From a virus (lineage: Duplodnaviria > Caudoviricetes): DNA of 64,000 nucleotides. Position 1 is the stretch's first letter. Every line of letters begins with the position of its first letter. The notes beneath the pieces were generated by a model. That model searched no databases, was not told the DNA's origin, and saw nothing but the letters and a program-made list of their open reading frames with translations. This document shows positions 35,862 to 47,000 of the stretch, one piece after another. The stretch lies in IMG/VR virus record IMGVR_UViG_3300029976_000159, positions 32,001 to 96,000 of that record. One strand, 5' to 3'. Position numbers and translations under genes: made by a program.

Positions 35862-36842
35862 TTATCCTATCATCGTTTTTAATTCTTCAACTATTAAATC
35901 AAGCTGTTCCACTTGATTCGGTAGAGCTTCATTTACTTTTTTGCCTTTTCCCAAATATTTATTAACTACATCTACTATTTTAGCGCCATTGCTTTGATTG
36001 GCTTGCATAAGTTCACTAGTCAATTTTTGGAAATCGGCTTTAAGTTGTTCAAAGTCATATGTTTTTACTTTAACCGCTTCTATTGGAGCATCTGTAACAA
36101 ATTTGTTGTTATGTTCTTCAGCTTCTTTGTCAATCGCTTCGGTCAAAGCTTTAGTTAAAGCATCATAGCTAAACGGTATCTCTGGTTCTATATGCTGAAA
36201 ACGACTTTTGCATACTATACTATTATCATTTGATCTAAGTGTTAAAACACGTTTAGATTGTCCATCTTTCATAACCACGTGCGCATATCCTATCAAGTCA
36301 GCCATGTTCTCTAATATTGTTTCAGCTGATTTCTGCAAAGATGGACAAATCTGTTGATATTCTTCTCCGTACTGCGGTTTTATGGTTTTTTCATTGCTAT
36401 GTGAAATAAATACTATTGCGTACCCCAGTTGCGCAAGCGTACGAAAAACATCCTCAAATTCTTTTTTGTATTTACTCCAACCGTTTGTTTTCCAACCACC
36501 ATCTCCTATGCTATCAATATTAAGTTGATTACATATATATTTTTGACAGTATTCACTCATTAAATCTGCGGTATCTATAATAATCGATTGAAAATGTTGC
36601 TTAACTTCCGGTTTTTTAAGCTCTCTTAACACTTGACGCATTTCACTCCACGAAGTAATATCTTGCGCAATGATTCCCGGAATAGCGTTGTATCCTCGCT
36701 CCGCCGCAAGCAAGAGAGGCTGCGGCATATGACTACCGAATGTCGTTTTACCTACCCCGGCTGGTCCGTACAAATACGTAATATAACCAGCCAGGTCACG
36801 GCTAACTTTATGCGGCGCAATTTTCAATAAATCTATTGCCAT
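35862..36842 (-). CDS. AAA_24/Sak4-like ATPase (recombinase)
   Basis: YGPAGVGKTT, IIIDT, FISH, KSRF; next to the SSB-like gene. Confidence 0.8.
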   Translation of the reverse strand: MAIDLLKIAPHKVSRDLAGYITYLYGPAGVGKTTFGSHMPQPLLLAAERGYNAIPGIIAQDITSWSEMRQVLRELKKPEVKQHFQSIIIDTADLMSEYCQKYICNQLNIDSIGDGGWKTNGWSKYKKEFEDVFRTLAQLGYAIVFISHSNEKTIKPQYGEEYQQICPSLQKSAETILENMADLIGYAHVVMKDGQSKRVLTLRSNDNSIVCKSRFQHIEPEIPFSYDALTKALTEAIDKEAEEHNNKFVTDAPIEAVKVKTYDFEQLKADFQKLTSELMQANQSNGAKIVDVVNKYLGKGKKVNEALPNQVEQLDLIVEELKTMIG

Positions 36843-36862
36843 ATTATTTCATTATCCTTTCA

Positions 36863-37819
36863 TTAAAAATCATATTCACCACTTGCTACACTTGTCGTAG
36901 ACTTTACTATATTTGTCGGTATTGTGTTATTCTTACTTTCTTTATAATTAATTGCATCCTGCTTTTTTGTAGCCAAATACATTTCTCTATCGGACATCAT
37001 TTTCTTAAGCTCCTCAACCGTCATAGTTGATTCATCATCCCATACGTACGGCTCAGAATTTGCCCAATTAATAACAAAATCTCGTCTAGATACCGGCACT
37101 TCACGCACATAATTTGCCCCAAAGGCACTTTCCTCTTCCTGTCTGCGCACTATTGTTGTTGAAATTTGCTTGCCTCTAACCTTAGTAAATATCGGATTTC
37201 TGCTAGAAGCATCAAGGCTTTCAAAGTAATCCATTGCATCATCAGCCAGCGCGCTCAATTCAACCGGAATAAGAGTACCTCTATATCCATTAAATACCGC
37301 ACCTTTAACTACCACTTTCTCCGGAATATCTCTCTCAGGATCACCCTCTCTCCTTGTGCAACTAGTTATAAGCATATCTACCTCAAACTTGTTGCGCTCT
37401 TTGTCGTCAGAAAATACTCCATTCACCTGATGAATAAATCCATCAACATTTCTTTTTCCAGAAACAAGTTCCCACTGCCCATCTCTTTCAACATAATAAT
37501 CATTTACTCCTATTGAAGTATCAACTCTTAATTTAAAAGCTTCATCTTTTGAACTTCCCATTATTGTTTTATATCTGCCCTCTATAATATTCAAAAGAGT
37601 TGTGTAAGTTGCATTAGGTTTACCCTTTGCTGTAGTGGGTGTAACATATGTATAATAAACCGAAACTATATTATCACATTCATCATTTGTTGCTATATCT
37701 ATCTTACCTCGAATGTACGTTGTCCCCGGATGTTTTGACTGAGATCCCGTTACTCCTTGTGTAAGCGAATGATTATAGAGATAACCTTCTAATCTAACAC
37801 TATTAATTAACTTTTTCAT
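36863..37819 (-). CDS. Putative single-stranded DNA-binding protein
   Basis: N-terminal NSVRLEG OB-fold pattern, acidic-aromatic C-terminus (GEYDF), position next to the Sak4-like gene. Confidence 0.6.
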   Translation of the reverse strand: MKKLINSVRLEGYLYNHSLTQGVTGSQSKHPGTTYIRGKIDIATNDECDNIVSVYYTYVTPTTAKGKPNATYTTLLNIIEGRYKTIMGSSKDEAFKLRVDTSIGVNDYYVERDGQWELVSGKRNVDGFIHQVNGVFSDDKERNKFEVDMLITSCTRREGDPERDIPEKVVVKGAVFNGYRGTLIPVELSALADDAMDYFESLDASSRNPIFTKVRGKQISTTIVRRQEEESAFGANYVREVPVSRRDFVINWANSEPYVWDDESTMTVEELKKMMSDREMYLATKKQDAINYKESKNNTIPTNIVKSTTSVASGEYDF

Positions 37820-37830
37820 TTTATTCTCCT

Positions 37831-38187
37831 TTAATCAATATTAATTTCTTTACCTTTTGATGTAATACTATAAATTACAGGATTCGTTCCCATTTTCTCT
37901 ACATAACCATCAGTTACTAATTTACGTATTGCGCCAGATACGGTGCGTGAAGACACAGCTAATTCGTTTGCTATATCTTTTGCTTGAAATAATTGTATTT
38001 CGGAATGCTCCTGCATATACTGTAAAATTAATTTACCATTATCAGTAAAAGCTTGCTTATTTTCGTTCGTACCTATTTTTAATGCCTGTAAGTAAACTTT
38101 TGCATCTTCAGACATATTTGCTACAATATCAGGAGATGCATTCATCAACTGCTCAAGAAAATTAAGAAACGCTTCTTTTTTACCCAT
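37831..38187 (-). CDS. Winged helix-turn-helix DNA-binding protein
   Basis: AKDIANELAVSSRTVSGAIRKLVTDGYVEK. Confidence 0.8.
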   Translation of the reverse strand: MGKKEAFLNFLEQLMNASPDIVANMSEDAKVYLQALKIGTNENKQAFTDNGKLILQYMQEHSEIQLFQAKDIANELAVSSRTVSGAIRKLVTDGYVEKMGTNPVIYSITSKGKEINID

Positions 38188-38221
38188 ATTTACTTTATCC
38201 TTTCTTATTTCTTATACATAT

Positions 38222-38250
38222 ATAATATCATAAAAAATATAAAAAGTCAA
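38222..38250 (-). promoter_or_regulatory. Sigma-A-type promoter
   Basis: TTGACT-17-TATTAT with extended TG. Confidence 0.7.
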
Positions 38251-38918
38251 AGATGCGGAAAACGTCCACAACTTTTATCTTCTTTACAGTAACCCGCTTC
38301 CTCACATTTAGCATAAAAATAATTATTAACTATTTTATCCCATTCGAGGGAATATTTTCCAAGAGCAACAATCAAATCAGAAAATAATTTTCTATATTCC
38401 CAATAAGCTCTTGCGCACATCCTTTGCTTAGCCATATCCATCAAATTGCGCAAATTATGTTTACAAACAACTTTAGTTTTCATTCCAAGAGGCAAAAGCA
38501 AAGCACAGTCCTCACGTGGAACTCCAGTTTTTTCTAAACTACTCATTGTAGCCTGAATGCCTATCATTGCGTTTTGATATAATTTTTCAACATCAGGATT
38601 AGATTGAATCGATTGGGGTATTACATAGTCAAAACCATCTTCATAGTTAATATATCGGGTGCTTGCTTGAAGTCTTGTTGGCGAACCCCCTATATGAGTA
38701 TACCACTCCCGTATAACCCTTGCCGAATATCCTTCTAAAATCATGTATACGTCAGGATATTCAAAAGTACGTCCGTGTCCGTTATCTAAGCACGTCAATC
38801 CTCTTTTGTAATTTTTGTCGTTATCTGTTGTATTGGCATTCCAACATATTCCAGCTTCTTTACCTATTAAAGTAATAGGATACTTAGTTGTTTCTTCTTG
38901 AATTATGACTTGCCCCAT
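38247..38918 (-). CDS. thyX: FAD-dependent thymidylate synthase
   Basis: GHGRTFE, QASTRY, REDCALLLP, NLRNL, RAYWEYR. Confidence 0.9.
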   Translation of the reverse strand: MGQVIIQEETTKYPITLIGKEAGICWNANTTDNDKNYKRGLTCLDNGHGRTFEYPDVYMILEGYSARVIREWYTHIGGSPTRLQASTRYINYEDGFDYVIPQSIQSNPDVEKLYQNAMIGIQATMSSLEKTGVPREDCALLLPLGMKTKVVCKHNLRNLMDMAKQRMCARAYWEYRKLFSDLIVALGKYSLEWDKIVNNYFYAKCEEAGYCKEDKSCGRFPHL

Positions 38919-38919
38919 A

Positions 38920-39882
38920 TCAACTTCCTCCTGAAGTACTGTTATAACCAAAGCTTTGCGTTTTAAAAAAATCTATCCAAAACTTTTCTCGTTCGTTTAA
39001 ATCAGCAATTGAACATTCTTCTACAAGCTCAAAAGCAAAATTTTCAACACCATCATCTTTCATAGCCATATATAATTTATTGCGCGAACCGCTTTCCGCT
39101 CCTAAACCTCGTTTAACGTGCGTGCGCCAGCGCCCTTTTAAATCTCTGCTCTGTCCTATATAGGATTTTAAATTGTTTAAATTAATAATTCTATAAATAC
39201 CAACGCTTATATCGCCTAAAACCCTACCAACCAAATCATTAAAGGGCTTTTCATAATAAGTTTTCCAAATAACTTTATCTAAAGGTTCCTCGTTGCGCAA
39301 ATGGCTCGCTACTTCACGCAGTTGTTCAATTTCTTCTAAATCGTCTTTTGGAATTAATATTTTATGAAAATCTCGAACATTTTTTTTCTCTTCTTGCTTT
39401 TTTAATATATCAATAATTATTTTCTCTTGTTCTTTTGCCTTTTGGACTTCATTTGTTATATTTTGTAATTCTTTTATTTTAGAAGATATATTATCACTCA
39501 TTTCTTTAATATCATTATGATAATCTTCTTCGTATTTCTCTTTCGCCTCTTGGTATTTTTTACTTGCGGCTTCAGCAGCTTTATCCATCTTATCATTCAT
39601 TAAATCCAGACTGGTTTGTAAAGTATTCTCTGCTACTGAAACCTCGTTTAATGTTTTGGTTACTTGTTCTTGATAATATTCTAGCTAATTTTTAGCTTCG
39701 CATATATCGCTTTGTAAATTATCTTTCTAAACTTTTAAACTATCATAGGCTGCTTGAGAATCAAATATATCTTTTTGCATACCATGTATAGTCTAAGTTT
39801 TTCTAATAATTTTATAACCTAAAATCATTAAAATACCAATAAGCATTATATTTATTCCAATTAATATGTACGTATAAATCAT
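38920..39882 (-). CDS. Membrane-anchored coiled-coil GIY-YIG nuclease (320 aa with TAG=Gln)
   Basis: Readthrough of 3 TAG adds an N-terminal TM segment (MIYTYILIGINIMLIGILMILG). Long coiled coil, then GIYRIIN...YIGQS...RWRTH...LNEREKFWI...GYN. Confidence 0.75.
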
Positions 39883-39892
39883 AATAATAGAT

Positions 39893-39916
39893 TTGGGGAG
39901 AATTATATCTCCCCAA
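39893..39916 (-). terminator. Hairpin, possible terminator
   Basis: TTGGGGAGA-ATTATA-TCTCCCCAA directly downstream of the 86-aa gene; no clear U-run. Confidence 0.5.
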
Positions 39917-39922
39917 AATCAA

Positions 39923-40183
39923 TTACGCCTCTTCGAGGTCTGGATCATAATCCATTCCAGCATCTGTCAAGCGCAAGAACTTAACTGCCTTATGCGTGCC
40001 ATCCGGCAACTCTATCTCAGCCGGGACTCTAACACCCAAGCCTTTGCGCTGAAGCGCACTCGTGAAGATGCCATCTACGGACTTCTTCTCTATGCCCAAC
40101 TCCTCCGCAACATCAGCAGAAGTAACATTCTCACCATTAATTCTCTTCAAATACTCAAATACTCTACGACTATTAGCCTTCAT
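39923..40183 (-). CDS. Small winged-HTH DNA-binding protein, probably highly expressed
   Basis: VTSADVAEELGIEKKSV; C/G-ending codon bias; perfect consensus promoter upstream. Confidence 0.7.
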   Translation of the reverse strand: MKANSRRVFEYLKRINGENVTSADVAEELGIEKKSVDGIFTSALQRKGLGVRVPAEIELPDGTHKAVKFLRLTDAGMDYDPDLEEA

Positions 40184-40225
40184 TGTAAATCTCTCCTTTT
40201 TAATTTAATTTTTTATTGTATAAAG

Positions 40226-40254
40226 ATTATAGCATAAAATTTTTTATTTGTCAA
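40226..40254 (-). promoter_or_regulatory. Perfect consensus sigma-A promoter
   Basis: TTGACA-17-TATAAT with extended TG. Confidence 0.85.
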
Positions 40255-40436
40255 TTCAAAAATTTTAGAATTAATTCATCAAGGACAAACAAGTCTTCTA
40301 CATCGTCAACTTTGTTAGTTAGCTTAATAATCGCTGTTTCGATTTTATTTCTTTCTCGTTTGTCGGTTGCCTTGTCTAACTGCTTTTGTAAAGCTGCGAG
40401 CTGCATCGCTATTTTCTTTAATTCATTTTTTTTCAT
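40251..40436 (-). CDS. Hypothetical protein (61 aa)
   Basis: GAGG RBS; own promoter TTGACA-17-TAATAT at 40467-40495. Confidence 0.65.
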   Translation of the reverse strand: MKKNELKKIAMQLAALQKQLDKATDKRERNKIETAIIKLTNKVDDVEDLFVLDELILKFLN

Positions 40437-40495
40437 TGATTTTCCTCTTCTAATCTTTATGTATATATATTAACAAAATTTTTTTATTTTGTCAA

Positions 40496-41623
40496 TTACC
40501 AAAAAATACCTTTTATCGTACAATCTTCGGGATTTTTATCATCTCTAAATCCTTTAAAGAACGCATGACGCATTGTATGCTCCACCTTATTCAGTTCCAT
40601 ACACTGTATCATCACAACTTTTCCTAAATACTTATCTGGATTTTGTGAAAAATCCTCGCGTAGTTCATCTGTAAGTCCTGACGCAACTGTTCCTATTTCT
40701 TTTATTTCACCATGCTCATCATACGCACCAACTATTATAGCTGTTTTCCAGCCATAATAATAACCTTTAGTAACAGCTAATACATCATCAATTCCAAACG
40801 TATTACACAAAGTTGCATATTTACCTTGTAGTCTATTATTATCAGATACTCGAATATTATATCCCCAAGAATCTATATCCTTGCCTGTATATTCTTTTGT
40901 GGCATCACAAAAACCCATACAAATCGCATCAAGATAATCCACTTTTTTAATTTTAAGATTAGCCCAAGCTGGTCGTTTACCGGGAGAATACGGAGCATCA
41001 TTTTTCTTTAAGACCATACCCTCTTCTCCCCTATTAAGCGCAGCTGCCGTTTCTTCTTGTATATTTTCTGTATAAATATCAGCTAATTCAATAAAATCAT
41101 AGTCAGAAAGCGTATACTCATTATACAAGTTTTTTAAAATATTATATCTTTCTAGTGCGCCCTTTTCTAAAAGCAACTCACCATTATATTTAATAATATC
41201 ATGAATATAATAATGAATATACCCTTCTTCTTTCTGGCGCTGTTTAGCTTTTTCAGCCAAACAGCCCATTATACGAGTAACATCTTTAGATTCTCTATTA
41301 GGATAATATATTTCGCCCACTATTATCGTTCCTTTTGGAACTCTAAATAAAGCTTGCATTATATGTGGTACATTTGCGCTTTTTTCTGTGGGGATTCCCG
41401 TTGTTGTACTTTTATTTCTACTAAATAAATAAGTTTGACCTTCGTCCGTTTTTTCGTATTGATACCAATAACCATCTTTCTTTAACTCAGCAAAGTAATC
41501 ACCTGAATTAGCTATTTCAGCAAATTTATATTCTTTACCGTCAGGCAATTTCCAAACCTTCATTGCTTCAATACATTCAGCACCGGGTGCGTACTTATCT
41601 ATTAATTCTCTCGAAAAAGCCAT
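40496..41623 (-). CDS. lig: ATP-dependent DNA ligase
   Basis: ELKKDG (KxDG), FSR, GEIY, EGMVLK, LKIK, C-terminal OB domain (ASGL, RHAFFKGFRDDK). Confidence 0.9.
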   Translation of the reverse strand: MAFSRELIDKYAPGAECIEAMKVWKLPDGKEYKFAEIANSGDYFAELKKDGYWYQYEKTDEGQTYLFSRNKSTTTGIPTEKSANVPHIMQALFRVPKGTIIVGEIYYPNRESKDVTRIMGCLAEKAKQRQKEEGYIHYYIHDIIKYNGELLLEKGALERYNILKNLYNEYTLSDYDFIELADIYTENIQEETAAALNRGEEGMVLKKNDAPYSPGKRPAWANLKIKKVDYLDAICMGFCDATKEYTGKDIDSWGYNIRVSDNNRLQGKYATLCNTFGIDDVLAVTKGYYYGWKTAIIVGAYDEHGEIKEIGTVASGLTDELREDFSQNPDKYLGKVVMIQCMELNKVEHTMRHAFFKGFRDDKNPEDCTIKGIFW

Positions 41624-41669
41624 TTATCTTAACCTTTCTCATATATTATACTATAAAAATTTTTTAAAA

Positions 41670-44045
41670 TCAAATTTTACTTACAGTTTTTATTATATCA
41701 TTTTTTAAAATCTGACTGCCCACGGCTGTTTTACTCATAACGGGAATATCTTGCGCCGATACGCAAATTGAGTTATGATTACCGCAAACCAAGAGCTTAT
41801 CACTATTTGATACAAGGCAAGCCGCATTAATTTGATTTTTATAACATTTTAAACCTTTTGCTGCTCTCTTCTGCATAGTCAATTCTTTAGCATCAAGTCG
41901 TTTCGCCATCCCGTTATTTGTAAATAAAGCTAAGAAATCGCTATTATCTCTTACTGGCAAACCCGCAATTACTTCATCATTCTTATTTAAAGTAATCCCT
42001 TTCATACCCGCCGTTTTTCTTCCAGAAGCACCAATCTCAGTTGAATTAAATTTAACTACCTGTCCTAATTTAGTTACTAAAATTAGTGGTTCATCGCTCA
42101 TTAGTACGACGCTTGCCAGAGAATCTCCGTCGCGTAAATTAATTGCATCTATTCCTGTTTTCTTTTTGGTTTTCATATATTCGCTTAGACCTGTCTTTTT
42201 TACCACACCTTGTTTTGTGATAAATGTAATATATTTAGCTTCTGTGTCCCTATAAATCGAATATATTACTGATACTTCTTCTGCTGGCTCTAATGAGATT
42301 AAACTGCGCACCGATTGACCCTTAGTAGTATTTGTGCCTGCTGGAATATCATTAACCAAAAGACGATACATCTTACCTTTATTAGTAAATATCATTAGAG
42401 AGTCTATTGTATTAGTGCGCAAAACCATTGAAGTTATATCGTCTTGCGTCCTTACACCTTTACCATTGCGCTTTTGGGTACGGAATGAACTGGTCGGAAT
42501 GCGCTTTATGTTGCCGCTTTCGGTTAAAACAACTACACACTTTTCAGGAACAACATTAGCGACTTCTTTTTCTTCTTTTTTAATTTTAGAAAAAACTATA
42601 TTTTCTAATTTAGTGCGTCTACTATCTCCATACTTATCTCTTAAATTCTCTATCTTTTGGATTAGTAACTCATATCGATAATTCTGATTATTTAATATTT
42701 TTTCACATTTTTTAATTATTTCTTGTTGCTTTTTTAATTCATTTACTAATTCTTGCTTATCAATTCTAGTCAATCGAGATAATTTCATATCAAGAATAGC
42801 ATTTGCTTGAATTTCATCTATAGACAAGAAATTGATTAATTTATTCCTTGCATCTGCCTTATCATTTGATGATTTAATTAATTCAATTACTTGATTTATA
42901 ACATCTATAGCTTTAAGCAGCCCCTCTAATATATGACTTCTTGCTTCAGCTTTGATTTTATCATATTTTGCTATTTTTATTATAATATTTTCTTGATGTT
43001 CTACATAAGCTTTTATTAAATCTTTCAGTGAACAAAGTTTGGGTGTACCATTTACAATATAATTCATATTATAAGATACAGTAGACTGCAGACTTGTATA
43101 AGTAAAAATCATATCAAGAACCGTTTTAATATTCGCTGATTTTTTTACAGTAAAGATTAATTTATTTTGACCAATGCTCGAAACATCATTAAAATCATCT
43201 AATACAGTTTCAAATTTATCTATATGTTTATTTATTTCTTCTTTTATTTTATCTCTATAAGTTCTATACGGAATCGTAGTAAAGATAATATCTTGTCCTT
43301 CAATTTCATAATCACCTCTTACTTTTAAAGAAACCACAGATTTGCCCGTATCGTAAGCCTCGTAAATATCCCGTTGATTAATTACCGTTCCACCCAAGGG
43401 GAAATCCGGTCCTTTTATATCTTCCATTAAATCTTTTGTTGTTACATTACCGCTTGCTTTAATGTATCGTATTATACCATTGCATACTTCGGTAAGATTC
43501 ATAGGAAGACTCGAGTGTGACAAAGCAATACCGATAGCTTCTCTACCGTTTACAATTGCGTTTGGAAATATAGAAGGAAGTACTACAGGTTCCATATATT
43601 CTCCATTATATGTTTCTTTAGTATCTACCACATTCTTTTTATAATCGATAAACATAAGATCTGCATATTGACTAGGTTTACACTCAGTATACCTCGAAGA
43701 ACTAACCATTCCGTTTGCCTCTTGCGTTCCCAACGAGCCTTGCCCAATTATAAGGGGATACCGCATTAAATACTCCTGTGACATCTTAGTTAAAACGCCA
43801 TAACAAGCCTGATCTCCGTGATAGTATGCGCTAGCAAGCGTAGAACCTACTACAGCATTACACTTCTTAGTTTTCGATTTACTATTCATACCGAGGAGTT
43901 CTTCCATCGTCCATAGAATTTTTCTTTGTGATGAAAGCAAACCGTCTTCAGCCATGGGTATAGCTCGATCTGTCAATACTTCTTCAGAATATATTAAAAA
44001 ATTTGATTTTGCTTCATCTAATATATCTACATCTGTAATATTCAA
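41670..44045 (-). CDS. gyrA: Type IIA topoisomerase subunit A (GyrA/ParC)
   Basis: DRAIP..DGL, YYHGD, SSRYTE catalytic Tyr, GPDFPLGG, GyrA-box-like QKRNGKG, C-terminal beta-pinwheel repeats. Confidence 0.92.
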   Translation of the reverse strand: MNITDVDILDEAKSNFLIYSEEVLTDRAIPMAEDGLLSSQRKILWTMEELLGMNSKSKTKKCNAVVGSTLASAYYHGDQACYGVLTKMSQEYLMRYPLIIGQGSLGTQEANGMVSSSRYTECKPSQYADLMFIDYKKNVVDTKETYNGEYMEPVVLPSIFPNAIVNGREAIGIALSHSSLPMNLTEVCNGIIRYIKASGNVTTKDLMEDIKGPDFPLGGTVINQRDIYEAYDTGKSVVSLKVRGDYEIEGQDIIFTTIPYRTYRDKIKEEINKHIDKFETVLDDFNDVSSIGQNKLIFTVKKSANIKTVLDMIFTYTSLQSTVSYNMNYIVNGTPKLCSLKDLIKAYVEHQENIIIKIAKYDKIKAEARSHILEGLLKAIDVINQVIELIKSSNDKADARNKLINFLSIDEIQANAILDMKLSRLTRIDKQELVNELKKQQEIIKKCEKILNNQNYRYELLIQKIENLRDKYGDSRRTKLENIVFSKIKKEEKEVANVVPEKCVVVLTESGNIKRIPTSSFRTQKRNGKGVRTQDDITSMVLRTNTIDSLMIFTNKGKMYRLLVNDIPAGTNTTKGQSVRSLISLEPAEEVSVIYSIYRDTEAKYITFITKQGVVKKTGLSEYMKTKKKTGIDAINLRDGDSLASVVLMSDEPLILVTKLGQVVKFNSTEIGASGRKTAGMKGITLNKNDEVIAGLPVRDNSDFLALFTNNGMAKRLDAKELTMQKRAAKGLKCYKNQINAACLVSNSDKLLVCGNHNSICVSAQDIPVMSKTAVGSQILKNDIIKTVSKI

Positions 44046-44060
44046 TACCTTATTCCTCCA

Positions 44061-47000
44061 TTAAGTAAAATTAAAACCTAAATGTTCAGCATTATCATAT
44101 ATATATTGTTTGCGCAAATCCGCACTTGAACCTTGCAAAATATTCAATAGATTAATAGTTGCAGCAACATCGCTGACGGTTATGCGCTTAAAACGCTGTT
44201 GCTCAAAACACACTTTATGTAAATCTATCGGATTTAATTCGCCTACGTATTAATCCAGTATTTCTACTGGTACTGACTATTTCTTCTATCATTTTATTGA
44301 TAGTCTACCGTTTCCACCTATGTACTAATAATAGATGTACTCCCCGACAAAGGGGATAGTCGATACAGGTTTAGAGGACTTCAATCCATTGGGCTACTTC
44401 TTGTGTATCTGGTACTTTACCGGCAATTTTATCCATATTTAAATGCCTTGTTAAAGTAGTTGCTCCACAATTTGCCCATTTAGCAGCAACACTAATTGAA
44501 TTAAAAATTTGTCCAGTATTTATATTTTGTACTTTTCGACCTTTATATTTTACTTCTTTAACTGCAACTGGATTAGAAATATATTTTTGAATTACACCAT
44601 TATCTCTATTATATTTTTTAGCAATAGCATTAATCGTCATACCATTGTTATAATCTATAACATATTGATTAATTTCTTCTTGCAAAATAGCTCCGTCTAA
44701 TGAAGATAATCCAACTTGATCTTCAGAATGTTCAACATTTTGTTTATGCCATTTTTATTTTCTGGGGTATAAACATCAGAATGAACGGTTATCCAATTTT
44801 CATTGTTCCAAACTTTTTTAAATCCTCGTTCAGTTATTCCAGTATCTTTAAAAATTTCATATACCTTAGAGCGTCCTACGTGCATGCTATATAATTCACG
44901 AATCATCCAAACATCTTCCTCGGTTAAAATCGCTTGTGGATGATTTTCTCCTCTTAAGGCTTGACCACCAGGAGTTCTATTATATCCATTTTTATAACTG
45001 TCATAATAACTAATCCAATAGATTTCTTGTTCATTCTAATTGTCCTATTGGACATTCCTCAATAATTTCAAAATTAAAATTATCAATACCATATTTTGCT
45101 ATCGCAATATCTATTCCAGTTCCTCTTTCTGGTCGATATATTGCATCATATCTATGTTGCATTTCTCTTTTTCAATATTATTACTTTGTCCAACATAGAT
45201 TTTCCCATTTAATTTGTTAGTATATTTATAAATACCAATTGACATATTTACCTCTTTTCCCACGAGATTATCGTGCTTTTATTTAAAATTTGTAAGTTTC
45301 ATAATAATATAAATTTTATTCACCGAACTTTTTTCCTTAGTTCGCCCAAAAATTTTTAAATAAAAGTTTAGACTACCTCGTTAGCTTTGCTACAGCAAAA
45401 CCCCCAACAGTTATTGGGAAAAGTAGATAAGGGCTAGACTATCTCTTACCCTTTTGCTCTTAAAACACTCCAACCCGAAGTATTAAAATCACTATACTCT
45501 TTTTCTGTCCAAAAATATTTTTCTTCTTTTCCCTTACGGCATATATATAACGGAGTTATTGCTCGATATAATTTGCCTGCTTCCACGAGCGGGCGCATGT
45601 AAGTAAAGAAGAACGTAGTAAGTAAAAGAGCAATATCTTCACCGTCTGAATCAGCGTCTGAAGTAATAACGATTTTATCGAATTGACATTTTGAAATATC
45701 AAACGTATTACCGAAACCAGCTCCTATTACTTGAATTATATCACTCATCTCTTGGTTAGCAAGAATTTTTTCGACAGAAGTGCGCAAAGGACTAATAATT
45801 TTTCCTCTTAACATATAAATGCTATCTCTTTGAGGATCTCTTGCTTCTACAGCTGAGGTAGCCGCACTATTTCCTTCAACCAAGAGCAAGTTTCTAGATT
45901 TAGGATCCTTCGCCGCGCAATCTATAAATTTAGTACTTAATTGCATTTTTGCTTTTAAGCCTTTTTCTTTGGGTTTTGTATTTCTTACCGCATCTTTAGC
46001 TTTACGCGCATTTTCTTTAGCTTTTCGTGCTAACAAAGCTTTTTCAACTATAACTTTAGCATCTTTTGGATTATTTTTCAACCAATTGGCAAGTTCTTCA
46101 GAAACTAATCTTTGAACTGTTCCTCTAGCTTCAGAAGATGATAACACATCTTTAGTCTGACCTGAGAATACTGGGTCAGGCATTATAAAAGATAAAACTA
46201 AAGACAGTCCTTCTTTTAATTCATCTCCACCTATGTTTCCGTCTTTATCTTTTAATAGTTTATTTTCTCTCGCATAGCTATTAATTGTTTGCGTGAGTGC
46301 TGTGCGGAAACCAGTTAAATGCGTTCCGCCGCTATTAGGAATAGAATTTGTATATAATTTATATGTGTCTGAGTAACTATCATTATATAACATAGCTACT
46401 TTTACACCTATCCTGTCTTCTGTTTTTTCAGCATAAAACACTGAAGTAAGTTTTGTTTTATTTTTATTTAAATCTCTTATATAATCTAAAATACCATTTT
46501 TCGATTCTATTATCTCCGTTGGTTTATCATTAAATGTAAACTCAAATCTTAAACCGGGAGATAAATATGCTAATTCCTGCAGCTGCTTGCGCAATCTATC
46601 ATAATCCAACTTTGTTGTTTCTTTAAATATTTCATCATCAGGTATAAATTGAATTATCGTACCAGTTTCTATACCTTTTGGATTATTTTCTACTCCATAA
46701 TCAATTAATTTACCTTTTGCAAAACGCGCCTTGGCAATTTTTTTATCTCGTGCAACAGTTACATTGAAACGTTTGCTAAGTGCGTTTGTAGCTTTTGCTC
46801 CTAAACCATTCATACCACCTGATGTATTATAACCGGTATTACCATTAACATCAAATTTTGCTCCAGTATGCAATTTTGTAAAAACATTAACTAGTGTTTC
46901 TGTACCGTCTTTCGCTTTGCCGAATGGAATGCCGCGTCCATTGTCTATTATCGTTACGCAATCATCACTAACAGCAATTTGACAAGTAGTGCAATAACCA

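Noticed and set aside
39893-40237. Plus-strand 114-aa ORF and other antisense or alternate-frame ORFs in the track (e.g. 1494, 6001, 21720, 28321, 37166, 42334, 63482)
   Set aside because: Shadows of well-supported genes, with no recognisable motifs
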